The notes beneath the pieces were generated by a model that was given only the letters and a program-made list of their open reading frames with translations, had not been told where the DNA came from and did no database searches. Of a stretch of DNA of 64,000 nt, positions 13,880 to 26,411 are shown piece after piece. This DNA comes from Leucoraja ocellata. Lineage: Eukaryota. The position numbers and the translations under genes were made by a program. The stretch is taken from NCBI GenBank assembly GCA_036785375.1, contig JAWMAR010000506.1, forward strand, positions 248,001-312,000. The letters run 5' to 3'. Position 1 is the stretch's first letter. Each line of letters starts with the position of its first letter.

Positions 13880-14103
13880 TGCAACTGTGTTTGTCCAGTG
13901 TTTGGTTATTTCCTTCGATTGTAAATGTAAGGCTTCTTTTTCTTCCCTCTGGGCACGTAAAAATTCAGCCTCATGATTTATACCATTCAAATTATCCTGG
14001 ATGCGTTGCCATTCCACTTTTGGAAGAATTGTAACTTGTCGCAGATCCGTCAGATTTGGAAACTGTACTCCGCCATGTTCATTCGGTTTGTCACGAACCT
14101 GCA
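13880..14103 (-). CDS. CFAP210: CFAP210 coding exon 3
   Basis: attttag| acceptor (phase 1) and GCA|gtaagc donor. DLRQVTILPKVEWQRIQDNL...HLQSKEITKHWTNT resembles human CCDC173 DLQQVTIIPHDEWKRIQDSL...HLRSQEVVKHWTNT as recalled. Confidence 0.9.
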
Positions 14104-15608
14104 CTAAAATGTCCAAATCATGAAATTTCAAAAAGAGTCAATATTTACCACATTTACCAAAGGTACTTTTTCTAATATGACTCATCTGGTATAATTGGTA
14201 GGTGGTAAACCAATCACCAATTCATTATTAGAGAATTAATTACAGTCTTAGGTGTATTGCTTAAAGCAAATTACAAACTGTTTTAACCAAATAAATTTAG
14301 AATACCATTGCTTATTCATTCACCTTCATTGTGGCCAATTCCTGAAACTTCAGGATATTCACTCCCCTCCATAAGTACAGCTTTGTGACACATGAGCTGC
14401 AGTTGAATCTTTAATATTGTGTAATCTCCAATCTCACTTTTTATGACAGCAGATCTTCAACTCGCAAAAGTTTACCAAGGAAATCCTCAAAAAACATGAA
14501 AAATGAACTGTACAGATACGTGCTTTGTGAATCAGCGTTTAAATTGGTTTGTGCAATGGATTAGAAGAATATTAAATTTCCTTAAACAGCTGGCATATTA
14601 AGCCAAGCATTTCAACTAATTCCAACTAATATATATTCCTGGCCAATATTTGTTTCTCGGTAACTGTAATCATAAAGTGTGGTCATTTATCGAGAAATCT
14701 TGCTGTGACTAAATTGGCAGTTGGACTTTCAACATAATAGCAATGAGTACCTTTCAATAAGTTCTTCATTATCTGTAAAAAATACTTTAAATCATGTTAA
14801 CCTTACAAAACATGTTACATAAACACGTCAATTAAAATAAAAATAACTGTAGATGCTGGAAAACTGAAATAACAGCAGAAAATGCTAGAAACATTCAGCA
14901 GATCAAACCGCATCTGTGGAAAGGGAAAGAGAGTTAACGATTTTGACCCTGAAGGGTCTTTATCTTGAAAACTTAACATTTCAATTTCCACTGAGTATTT
15001 TCTGGATTTATTTCAATATTAGCACCTAAGTGTAATAAGTGTGAACTGAGATCAATGGTGGATACTGTACTTCCAACTCATCCCATCTGTTGTGCAGGAA
15101 AGACCTGCAGATGCTGGTTTAAACTGAAGGTAACTCTCAGACACCTCCTCCTACTTATCCTTGGACCATGATCCCACAGACAAGCACCAGGCCTTAATAT
15201 CACACACCATTTCTGATTTCATTACTTCCGGCTCTCTGCCCTCCAAAGCCACCAACCTTATCATTCCCCAATTTTATCGTCTCCCCAAAATCCACGAACA
15301 AAACTGCCCTGGCAGACCCATTGTTTCTGCTTGTTCATATCCCACTGAATTAATTTCCACATACCTCGACTACATCCTATCCCTCCCTACCTATGTCCAA
15401 GACACCTCACACGCTCTTCGTTTCTTCAATGACTTCTGTTTTCCAGGCCCCCACTATCTCATCCTTACTATAGATGTCCAGTCACTCTACACCTTCATCC
15501 CCCACCAGGAAGGTCTTAAAGCCCTCTGTTTCTTTCCCAACCGCAGAACCAGCCAATTTCCATCTACTAACACTCTCCTCCGCCTAGCAGACCTGGTCCT
15601 TACCCTTA

Positions 15609-15780
15609 TGGGACTGTCCCACTTAGGTGACTCTTTAGGCAACTGCCAGGGACTAGTTTTAATGGAATTCACCTACGACACCTGGCGACAACCTACGACA
15701 GCAAAATTGTCGCCACTGTCGCCGGGTTTTGCAGCAGTCGCCTGTAGTCGCCCAAAAAATCGCCTAGTGGGACAGGCCCA
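15609..15780. mobile_element. PIF/Harbinger-type MITE
   Basis: TIRs tgggactgtcccact and agtgggacaggccca; TTA TSD at 15606-15608 and 15781-15783. Confidence 0.8.
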
Positions 15781-15841
15781 TTAGCAAATTCTCCTTTTAC
15801 TCCTCCCACTTCCTCCAAATCCAAGACGTAGCTATGGGCAC

Positions 15842-17017
15842 CAGGGCTGCCAACTCTCACGCATTGAGCGTGAGACTCACGGATTTCACAAAATTCTCAC
15901 GCTCTCACGCTGATCACAAATTTCCCATGCTCAATTTTTTTTTAAATGAAGTCATGAACAATTCAATTTGCCCAAGGTTTCCAGATCTCCTCCACACTCA
16001 CCAATGAGAATAGTTTTCTGTCGGTGGGTTTCCTGTAAAGAACTAATTGTCTTAGAATCTTAAGCACACTATTTAAAATGGCAAACTGCAGTACATTTGA
16101 CATTCATGGAATCAAAATCTGCAGGTGCTGGAAATTCAAAACAAAGGAGAGAGAAACGCTCCCTGGGCATCGCCAAGTCTCTGCTCACTCCGGATGTTGT
16201 CGTCGCTTCACTGACACGCATTCTCACACACACACTGGCACACGCAAGGTTTAAAGAGATATGTGCCAAATGGGGCATCTTGATCTGCATGAACAAGTTG
16301 GGATGAAGGGCCTGCTTCCAGGCTGTAAGACTTTGACACATTGTAGAAAGGGTGCAATTGCTCTGGAGAGGATCCAGGGGCGATTTATGAAGATGTTGGA
16401 AGGGCTGGAATTTTTTTTTCACTGAAGAAAGATTTGATAACTGGGATTGTATTCTCTGCAGCAACGGAGGTGAAGAAAAGACTTAGTTGAGATGAATAAT
16501 ATGAGAATAGGACCTGTTTCGCTTAACAAAGAGTGTAGGAAAGAACTGCAGATGCTGGTTTAAACTGAAGATAGATACTAAAAACTGGATTAACTCAGCA
16601 GGACAGGCAGCATCTCTAGAGAGAAAGAATGGGTGATGTTTCGGGTCGAGACCTTCAGACTGAAGAGGTTGAAAACCAGCCATAATACACAATGACTGGA
16701 GATGTGTGTTATCCAACTAAGGGCGGAAATCAGAATCATGTGTTCATCTTTATTGACGTGATATCATAATAAATATATTACAGGGTAAAAAAAATAATGG
16801 GGTGGCATGTTGGCGCAGCGGTAGAGTTGCTGCCTTGCACCACCACAGACCCAGATTTGACCCTGACTACGGGTGCTGTCTGTACAGAATTTGTACATTC
16901 TCCCTTTGACCACATGGTTTTCTCTGGATAGTCCGGTTTCTCCCCCCCTCCCCACCCAGTCGTTACGCTCCCTCGCAATTTCTCACTCTCAACTCTCACC
17001 CAATGTTGACAGCCCTG
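15842..17017. mobile_element. hAT-like non-autonomous DNA transposon with a 6-bp TSD
   Basis: TIRs cagggctgccaac and gttgacagccctg; TSD gggcac at 15836-15841 and 17018-17023. Subterminal ctctcac repeats at both ends. Confidence 0.8.
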
Positions 17018-18467
17018 GGGCACTCACATGGGCCCCAGCTATGCCTGCCTCTTTGTAGGATACCTCAAACAATCTCTGTTCCAGGTGTACACTGGCCCTA
17101 TCCCCGAACTCTATGCAGAACTCACAGACTTCATCAACTTCATCTACTAATTTACATCCTGCCCTCAAAATTCACTTGGACCATCTCCGGCATCTCTCGA
17201 TCATTTCTAGATCTCACCGTCTCCATCACAGGAGACAGACTATTGACCAACATCTATTACAAACCCACTGACTCCCATAGCTATCTAGACTACACTTCTT
17301 CCCACCCTGCTTCCTGCAATCCCCTACTCCCAATTCCTCCATTACACCGTGTTTGCGCACAGGATTAGGTTTTCCATGCCAGGTCATCGGAGATGTCCTC
17401 ATTCTTTAGGGAATGGGGGTTGCCCTCTTTCATTATAGATGAGGCTTTCACTAGGGTCTCCTCAATATCCCGCAGCTCTGCTCTTGCTCCCCCTCATCCC
17501 ATTTGTAACAAGGACAGAGTACCCCTTGTCCTCACCTTCCACCCCGTCGCACACAGCACATAATCCTCCGACATTTTCGCTACCTCCAACGGGATCCCAC
17601 TACGAGCCACATCTTCCCATCTCCACGCCTTTCCACAGAGACCATTCCCTCCGCAACTCCCTGGTCAACTCGTCCCTTCCCACCCAATCCATCCCCTCCC
17701 CAGATATTTTCCCCTGCAACTGCAGGAGATGCAACACCGGTCCCTTTACCTCCCCCCACAACTCCGTTCAAGGATCCTGACAGTCTTTTTAGGTGAGGCA
17801 GAGGTTCACGCACCTCCTCCACCTCATTTACTGTATCCACTGTTCCAGGTGTCGATCATTTCGCTGAATACCTCCGCTCAGTTCGCCTAAACCTACCTGA
17901 TTTCCCGGTTGCTCATCAATTTAACTCCCCCTCCCATTCCCAATCTGACCTTTCTGGCCTGGGCCTCCTCCATTGTCAGAGTGAGGCCCAGCGCAAATTG
18001 GAGGAGCAGCACCTTGTATTTCACTTGGGTAGCTTACATCCCAGCGATATGTACATTGATTTCTCTAACTTCAAGTAGCCCTTGCTTTCCCCCTCTCTCC
18101 ATCCCCTCCCCTTTCTAGTTCTCCTATCAGTCTTATCTCTGTACAGCCCACTCCCCTGACATCAGTCTGGAGAAGGGTCTCGACCCGAAACATCACTCAT
18201 TCCTTCTCTCCAGAGAATGCTGCCTGTCCCGGTGAGTTACTCCATCATTTTGTGTCATCCCAGATATTTACATTTACAAACAATGAGGATACATTAGCAT
18301 CCATTAACAATTCTGTATTATTCAGGTACAATTTAAGTATTATTTTTCTAATATTACTCAAAAATAATTTCAATGCTATGACTATTAAACAATTTACAAT
18401 TTAATTCTGTAGTTATAATTTAACACTCCATGCATGGCTACATTTTTCAACATTAAAAACAACTTAC

Positions 18468-18530
18468 CATTCACATCTCCAAGATCCCTTTCCACAGAAC
18501 ATTTTGGGGCACATAGCTTGGTCTTCTGAC
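18468..18530 (-). CDS. CFAP210: CFAP210 candidate coding exon 2 (63 nt, phase 1-1)
   Basis: atattttcag| acceptor and AATG|gtaagt donor. Open frame (G)QKTKLCAPKCSVERDLGDVN joins exons 1 and 3 in phase. No recalled homology. Confidence 0.5.
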
Positions 18531-18879
18531 CTGAAAATATTCTACCTGCAGTGCATACATAATAAGTATAGGATCTGAAAAACGGCAGTCAAAAATATAC
18601 AATTATGATAATAACCATTGCAACTATTAATGCTATTAACTTACGTTCACAAAATTGTTGACATTATCATGTTCCTCATTAAGAATGTTGTAGATTCTGT
18701 AAAGATTTGAGAAATGGAGTGCAATTCGTATTTGGAGCCAAAATATATGAATGATGGTAGATTGCACAAATATAATTGCAAGGTGACTAAAGATGGGAAC
18801 GGAATATTCTGGGATTCTTGGAATTTTGGAAAGGTAGACAGAAGGAAATAGGAGATGGGGAGATCTTTGTACAAGTTAC

Positions 18880-19692
18880 AAGATACATTTATTTGTCACA
18901 TATACCAATTGGTACAGTGAAATGTGTGGTCACTGTGTAGCCATACGAATAATAAAGAGCACGATAGTCTTTCCCACACATCGGGATCAAAGTTTCCCCA
19001 CTGCGAGGGAAGGCTCCAAAATTCAGTCATACTCCTCTGTTGTCCTCCCGTGGTCGGGGGGGCTCCCGAACCCCCCACTGTCGCCGCTACGGGTGGCCCG
19101 ATGTTCAGGCCCGTTCACCGGGGTGATGGAAGTCCGATGTCAGGACTGGAGGACATCCTCACCGGCTTGGACATCCGAATCGGCCACCTCCTACCGGAGT
19201 CCGCGACTCCCAAAGTCCACAGGCCGCGCTGGGCGGAGATTCAATGCTGGTGGCCCTCTGCAAAGGGTTCAGGACTCCGCGATGTTGAAGTCAACACCGC
19301 CCGCGCTGGAAGCTCTGCAAACCACAACTCTGATGTTGAAGCAGCAGGCCCAACCCTCCGGAGCTTCAACGGCGATCCAGGTAAGCAATCGCCCGCTCCG
19401 CGATGTATCCAGTGCTGCGCCGCCGCTGCTGAAGCTCTGGTCCAGGTCCCCCGCAGGAAAGGCCACTCCAATCCAGGTGGTAGGCCGCGAGGAGGGGGGC
19501 GAGGACGCGACTCGGAGAATAGTCGCGTCCTCGCCAGTAAGTGACTGGGAAACGGTTTCCCCCTTACCCTACCCCCCTACCCCACATAAAAAAAGCTAAA
19601 GAAATCTACCACACAAACTTTTAAAACTGACAAAAATATTTAAAAAGTCAGAAAAACAGACAGAGACTGCCATCAATGCGGCGCCCCTAGTG
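18880..19692 (-). mobile_element. GC-rich non-autonomous retroelement (relative of 8775-9697)
   Basis: Minus-strand 3' end tttcactgtacc...gtgacaaataaa. Shared gaaacggtttcccccttaccc motif and ggggcgc 5' start. Confidence 0.6.
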
Positions 19693-19829
19693 TAAAGGTT
19701 AAGATTAGCACATAAGAAAAATGGTTTGACTCCGAAGAAGAATCAGTTTGAGAAAAAACAAAGGAAACTAATCATTGGTGAGAATAGGCTACAGGATCTC
19801 TAATGGCAGCTACAATGCAGGACAGATCT

Positions 19830-21210
19830 GTCCCTTGTGATCTTGTGCTCTTCCGGTTTGCATGGTTTTTCTATTTGCGCAATAATGGTACTCAATAACG
19901 CTATGATTTTTCGCCAGCTTACTTACCGTTCTCCTATGCTGCAAGTGCAATAAGTTTTGTTCTGAGCGATGATATATTGTAAAAGTTATTAAGGTTTAAA
20001 AATCATAAAAACCACGCATGCGCAGATTGCTGTCTGTCGCCGCCACGTAGATTGATCTCCTGTCAGTCAGGAAGGAACATCACCGTCCCAGCGACGCCCC
20101 TTCCTGGCACCATTGCCACACTGATTGGCTGCGTCCGCTGTCAATCGGCGGGAGGTCGCCTTGGTGAAGGAGTGGCGTCGCCGTCCAAGGTGCTGAGGCC
20201 GCGCAGTACCTGGTGGAGAGGGTGGTGCTGCGAGCTGAGCCCGGGGACTGGACCGCGACTGGAGCCAAGGACGAGCCTGGGTCCGCCTTCAGGGACAAGT
20301 CCGGAGATGAAGTCGGGGCCTGGACTGGATCCCAGACAGCCGAGCTGAGGGCTGGAGTCGTACCCAAGCCCAGGGCCTGGTCAAGGGGTACCAGTGCCTC
20401 GGGGGCCACCCGGCCGCCACCATCCTGCAGCACTGCCTTCGCTTCCTGCTCTGTGGGCATCTCTGGCTCGGCTGCCCGCCACCCTCACCCCGCCCCCAGC
20501 ACAGCGAGCCCGGCTCTGTCGAGGCCCAGGTCCGCGAATGTTTCGGCCACCTACAGCCAGGGCCAGGCCGAATACGAGAACCAGGCCAAGTTCCAGGCCC
20601 TGCCGCTGGTCTACGACATGGATAGGCACTGAGGCCGGGAAAGGGAGGAGGATGAGGGAAATGGTAGGAGGGAGATGGGGTGGTAGAGGGAGATGGGGGG
20701 GGCGGTAGCGCCGAGACACCGCGGGTCCCGGGATGTGCAGCGCTCCAGCAGCTCCTGCCCGCAGGCGCGGCCACGGAGCGGCCCTAACGCACCACACCGT
20801 TACGTGGAGAGAGGGAGCGCCCAGCCCGACCCACAGCACAGGAAAGGGAGGAGAGAAGAGGGGGGAGAGAGGGATGAGGTAGGGGGGAGAGAGGGATGAG
20901 GGAGGGAGAGGGAGGGAGTGAGTGAAGGGGGAAAGTTAGAGAGTGGGGTAGAGGGGTGGGGGTAGGGAGCAGGGTAGAAGGGGGTCCAAGGTGATGGGCA
21001 AGGTGGGATGGGGGGGGGGAGGTAGAGGGAGAAGGGGACAGGGAGGGGTGGATTTGATGGGAGGAGGATAGGCGTGAGGGGTGGAATATTGCGTTGGGGG
21101 AACGGGATGCGTTGAGGGAACGAGTGGTGGAATATTGCGTTGGGGAACTGGTTGCATTGGGTGACGAGGCCTCCGTGTGACAGGGACCCAACGGGTCCCA
21201 CTTAATCTAG
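19830..21210 (+). mobile_element. Non-autonomous Helitron-like element with GC-rich cargo
   Basis: 3' hairpin gggaccc-aac-gggtccc followed by ...CTAG|T at ~21183-21211. 5' tgatcttgt motif shared with the 41444-42965 units. The 5' boundary is approximate. Confidence 0.7.
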
Positions 21211-21519
21211 TTATACATTAAGAAACAATGTGGGCTTGTAATACAGTTACAAGTTTTAATCTTCATATGGACTGAGCAAATTATCTTGACAATGGCAGCC
21301 TTCAGGTTGAGTTCATATAGTGTATTAGGGACAGATACGTGAATAATACATTGTGGAACCTACCAGGGAAATGGCTATTTTAAAACTGATCATATGTAAA
21401 GGGTCATTCTTATTTTCATATTCAATTTGAACTAAAACCTGTATTTTAAAGTTAACTAGAAGCAGGCAGAGTTGACTAAAATGAACTGGGACAATTATGA
21501 AAAGGTATATATAAATAAT

Positions 21520-21883
21520 GAAGGTAGATAAAAATGCTGGAGAAATTCAGCGGCTGAGGCAACATCTATGGAGCGAAGGAATAGGTGGCGTTTCGGGTCG
21601 AGACCCTTCTTCAGACTGATGTGGGGGTGGTGCGGTGCGAAGAAGAAAGGAAGAAGCGGAGACAGTGGGCTGTGGGAGAGCTGTAAATGGGAGGGGAAAG
21701 AGGGAAAAAAGCAAGTACTACCTGAAATTGGAGAAGTCAATGTTCATACTGCTGGGGTGTAAACTACCCAAGCGAAATATGAGGTGCTGCTCTTCCAATT
21801 TGCGGTGGGACTCACTCTGGCCATGGACGAGGCCCAGGCCAGAAAGGTCGGATACAGAATGGGAGGGGGAGTTGAATTGCTGA
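21520..21883 (-). mobile_element. Penelope-like 3' end with hammerhead-bearing terminal repeat
   Basis: Reverse complement matches 17920-18256. Confidence 0.8.
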
Positions 21884-22989
21884 AATAAATTGTTTAATTT
21901 ATAAACAGTTGACTCTTATTCCTGCAAGTAATAGAGATACTAATGATTGTTGAATAACTGTTGTCTTATTTTTCCTTTATCCTTGGATTCTCCTTCATTC
22001 CCACTTTCTTTTTCCCCACTCTTATTTTCTTTCTTTATGTATCCAGCTTGGTACTAATTTACTCTCCCATCCAATCAGTTTATGTTCTTAAATCTCATTC
22101 CGAGGACCAATAATCACAGCGAATCTGTCTTTAACTGCAACAGGCAGTTGAATGCCGCTGTGTACAGCAGTTTGCAATGTAATTTAGCAAGAGCCTCTCA
22201 TGTTAAGTGCGTTCTCCTTTCCTCGTAAGTACAGCAACATTGTTTTGCTTCCCTAAAGTCTCTGTCTATTTGGTATCTGCAACATGTGCACATGACTAGG
22301 GTGTATGGCTCCTCATGACTGTTATGCCATGCAGTCAAAAAGTGGCTGAAATTCACAGTCAACCACTCCATCTGATACTAAAACCCTAATCATCATATCT
22401 ATCCATCAATTCCTCCTTGTGGGACAGCTAGCTCATTCATTGAATCACCCTTCTGGAACATTGTTGCACTCCTCTAATGCAAATTGATAAGGATACCCAA
22501 ACTGTATAGAATACACCAGGCATAGTTTTATCAATGCCATTTGTATATGCAGCAAGACATTTTTTTAAACTTTATTTTACTTGCATATTTCTATTCTGTA
22601 CAAATATATGTACATGGGGCCCCCAATCCTTATTAATCCCTCCCTCATGTTATTCCATTCCTTCTACCAAAGTGGATAATTATGTGCATCCCTAAATTAT
22701 ACTTTGTTTACCATTTTCTCATCCAATTAGACTTTGACATTTGTTTCATGGATTGATTTTACTTTGTCAGCATACATAACAATTATATGTCTCAGCTACT
22801 TCACTGATATAAATTGTGAATGGATAAAGGATGGTATAGTGACCATCTGTATTCTAATCAACACAGTCTGCCATCCTAAAACTCACCCATTCATTCTATT
22901 CTGTTCACTGCTCTGCCAATGCCTTAATCTATCCTAATATGACATGCGACAATAAACTAAACTGAAACTATATTCTTCTTAGCCTGCCC

Positions 22990-23800
22990 TCTAGATTGAG
23001 GATAACTTGCTTCCAACACTAATTCTGGAGATTATGAAGTAACTGTTGAGGCCAATATGGGAACTCTGGCTCTTCCACAAATGGCATTGGAGATATCTGA
23101 TGGTGCTGATAAGTAGGTTGTAAAGTGGTGTGCTCCTTCTGCTGTATATGATCTGGTGCTTTGTGTTTCCAATGCGTGTGGTCAATCAATAAGATTCCAC
23201 TTTGAGCGGCCATGGGCCAAGGATTTGCAGCAGTTAGTGCGGATGTTACATTTTTAATGATGCATTGAACTTTTTCTTCTTTCCTCTTGGTAATCTTTTC
23301 CCGTGACAGTGCATGGAATAGAGTGTCTGTTTTGGGAGTCTGGTGATGGACGTGTGAATGTCATGGCCTGCCCAATGAAGACCATCGAGTTGATTTAAGG
23401 CCTCAATAATGGGAACTGTTTATCTGAGAGTGGTTGGTTAGATTCACTTCTCCTGCCGGTGGATTTAATTAATTTATTTAAGACATCATTGGTATTGTTG
23501 CAATACCTTAAGATGTCAGCTTTAGGTGGTCTAGATCTTAGAAGTAAATAAGACAAGTTGCCCTACAGACCATAATTTTGGTGCCAGTTTTTTGGGTCAT
23601 AATGTTCAAATATCTTGTCCCATAAAACTAAAGGCTATGCCGGTACTCGAAAGGTGAATTTACCATATAGGTGGCTCCCAGGGGAATTGTCTTGGGGAAT
23701 TGTCCTTGTTGAGAAAGAATGCAAATATAACACAAAGTTGACAAACACTCTAGAAATGTGGTGTAATCGGCTTGGTTATGCTGAAAAACATAGTGTACTT
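22990..23800 (-). mobile_element. Old RTE-clade LINE fragment
   Basis: PKQTLYS, A..RSKW and SHIGL.S C-terminal remnants typical of RTE ORF ends. Confidence 0.55.
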
Positions 23801-24451
23801 ACAAACATTACAATTTCAATCTTGGGTAATGGTGAAACCTGCTGTTCTTCAGCCCAGTAACGATGCAATTAATGAACATTTATTTCAATAATACCATACA
23901 TCCCAGTCATGTGCTAAAGCACCGTTGTTCAGAGCATCATTGTCGCAACTATATTCACAATGAGAAAGTACCAGACTTCACAGACAAAGTATGCAGATGA
24001 TCTTTTCCCAAATGTCTGAAGAAAGGTCTGGACCCAAAAACACCATCCGTCCATTCCCTCCACGGACGTTGACTGACCCGCTTAGTTCCTCTAACCAGCA
24101 TAACGTGTTTTGCGTGCAACAACTTATTACAGCTCAATCCATCGCCTTGCATCCCCCCGTGAGTTCCTCTAGCATATCGTGCTTTGAGTGCAACAGAGTA
24201 TTACAGTTCAATCCTACAAATGCAACATGATTTGTGACCGCCAGGTTCAAGAACAGCTTTCCCCCAACAGTGTAGGCTCCTGAACGCCACAAGACACAAA
24301 CTATGAACCGTCTCTAGTTGCATTGAGGACTGTTTTACACTAGTATTGGGGTTGTTCATTTATTACTTTTCTTTTTGTTTATTCTGTGCTATAAACAACT
24401 GTGTTTAAATAGACCTATTATGCTGCTGCAAGTAAGAATATCATTGTTTTT

Positions 24452-24946
24452 GAAACATAGAAAATAGGTGCAGGAGTAGGCCATTCGGCCCTTCGAGCCT
24501 GCACCGCCATTCAATATGATCGTGGCTGATCATCCAACTCAGTATCCTGTACCTGCCTTCTCTCCATACCCCCTGATCCCTTTAGCCACAAGGTCCACAT
24601 GTAACTCCCTCGTAAATATAGCCAATGAACTGGCCTCAACTACCTTCTGTGCCAGTGAATTCCAGAGATTCACCACTCTGTGTGAAAAATGTTTTCCTCA
24701 TCTCGGTCCTAAAAGATTTCCCCCTTATCCTTAAACTGTGACCCCTTGTTCTGGACTTCCCCAACATCGGGAACAATCTTCCTGCATCTAGCCTGTCCAA
24801 CCCCCTAAGACTTTTGTGAGTTTCTATAAGATCCCCCCTCAATCTTCTAAACTCTAGCGTGTACAAGCCGAGTCTATCCAGTCTTTCTTCATATGAAAGT
24901 TCTGACATCCCAGGAATCAGTCTGGTGAACCTTCTCTGTACTCCCT
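24452..24946 (-). mobile_element. Young CR1 (HER1-like) LINE 3' end
   Basis: VQRRFTRLIPGMSELSYEERLDRLGLYTLEFRRLRGDLIE...SRTRGHSL, with a gaaacata-type tail. Confidence 0.9.
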
Positions 24947-25247
24947 GTACTTTTGTTGTAAGTATGACAATTAAACATTGCTGAAGAAGGATCTCGACCC
25001 GAAACGTCACCCATTCCCTCTCTCCAGAGATGCTGCCAGTCCCGCTGAATTATAGTTACACAAAAATGCTGGAGAAACTCAGCGGGTGCAGCAGCATCTA
25101 TGGAGCGAAGGAAATAGGTAACATTTCGGGCCGAAAGCTTTCTTCAGACTTATTTATTACATTTTTGATATATTGCATCTTGTTGTGTCTATTGACACGC
25201 TTGACTCTCTTGATTTTAGGTCCGCTAACCTATTTGGAAGAACTCAC

Positions 25248-25314
25248 CTGAATTGTTCCTCGTGTCACCTAACAGTATTCGATTTGGCGGCGTGATGTTC
25301 GCCGCTGTCGCCAT
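25248..25314 (-). CDS. CFAP210: CFAP210 (CCDC173) coding exon 1
   Basis: ATG at 25314, encodes MATAANITPPNRILLGDTRNNS, ends CAG|gtgagt (phase 1). Lies in the CpG-rich promoter next to RFX X-boxes, head-to-head with PHOSPHO2 as in mammals. Confidence 0.7.
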
Positions 25315-25666
25315 TTGCTTGGAGAAGCAAGTCCAGGGTCCCAGGAGTTACTCGGTGCGGGCGGACATTTTACCCTCCCCCCGCACCGCGTTGTGGATTC
25401 TGTTGCTCGGCAACCACACCGGAAGCGTGTGGGGCAGAGGAGCGTCCCCGGCGGAATGTTTCCTCCGTTGCCAGGCGACGTGCGCGGGGGCACGTGGAGT
25501 GGCGCGAACAATGAGCGGAGTGTGCCGGCGCCACGCGTGCTCCGGGCCGTGACCAGAGCGGTGCCACTGAGCTACTGCTCCCCTCCCATCCACCCAGGGA
25601 CGATCATTCGTACCAGATGAAGCTCTTTTGAGGAATATATTGTTTCTTTGAAGAGTCGTACGCAAG
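25280..25666. promoter_or_regulatory. CpG-rich bidirectional promoter of CFAP210/PHOSPHO2, including the probable non-coding PHOSPHO2 exon 1
   Basis: CpG-dense island. X-boxes GTTGCTCGGCAAC (25402-25414) and GTTGCCAGGCGAC (25467-25479), ETS CCGGAAG (~25419), E-box CACGTG (~25491). Plus-strand donor AAG|gtattt at 25666/25667. Confidence 0.75.
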
Positions 25667-26411
25667 GTATTTTTTTAATTTAAGCGACTGAAAAATAAGA
25701 GGTTGCTGCAGGCTTGGGAAAGCTCTGGGTTATTAATAGTGTCCGCCTTGTGCTGGAGGTTTGTTATTACCCTTGGTCCTTGCAATGAACTTAGGCAAAT
25801 AAATTCTGCCCTCTTTTGGGCCTACTTAAACAAGACAGTTGGGAGAATAGTGCGAGTAAATTGCACCTGCAGCATTTCTCCGAACGGTTAAGAAAATCCT
25901 GAATTAATCTGTAAATGTTATAATCCTATAAATTGGTTCAAGCATCGATGTGGTTTATTATTAGGAAACACGGGAAGACATGCTATAAAATGGGATTAAA
26001 ATTTGCCCTCTTTCTATATTTGGTGTCCTTCACTAATGTATTTTTCCTGGTTGTAGAAAACTATCTTTTATTTTGTGCTTCGTTTTGTTATTTTTCTTAT
26101 GAAATTTAATTTTATTAATGGCTTTGATACCAAGTAATTAGTAAAAACAATATGAATGCTGGAAAAACGCAGTCGGTCTTTCTCAATTCTGATGAAGGGT
26201 GTTCAACCTGAAAATTAACGGCTTCTCTTTCTACAGATACTGCCAGATGTGCTGATATTTTTTTAACACCAGCATTTTGTTTTTTTAAATCTCAGTATAA
26301 TATACCAACCTAGATATTTAACCTTAAATAAATTGTACCCTTCTAAAGAGCTGTTCACAGATAATATAAATAACTAAATCCTCTATTTTCTGAAGAAGGG
26401 TCTCGACCAGA

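Larger units (their letters stand above)
15135..18256 (+). mobile_element. Penelope-like element (RT plus GIY-YIG remnant plus terminal repeat) with nested insertions
   Basis: FYRLPKIH..CPGRPIVS, IDVQSLYT, AMGT.MGP, YKPTDSHSYLDY and LIYCI.C..C motifs. Ends in a hammerhead-bearing terminal repeat at 18160-18256. Confidence 0.9.

Noticed and set aside
18922-19599. 225-aa and 206-aa ORFs
   Set aside because: They lie within a GC-rich retroelement in overlapping frames and show no protein motifs.
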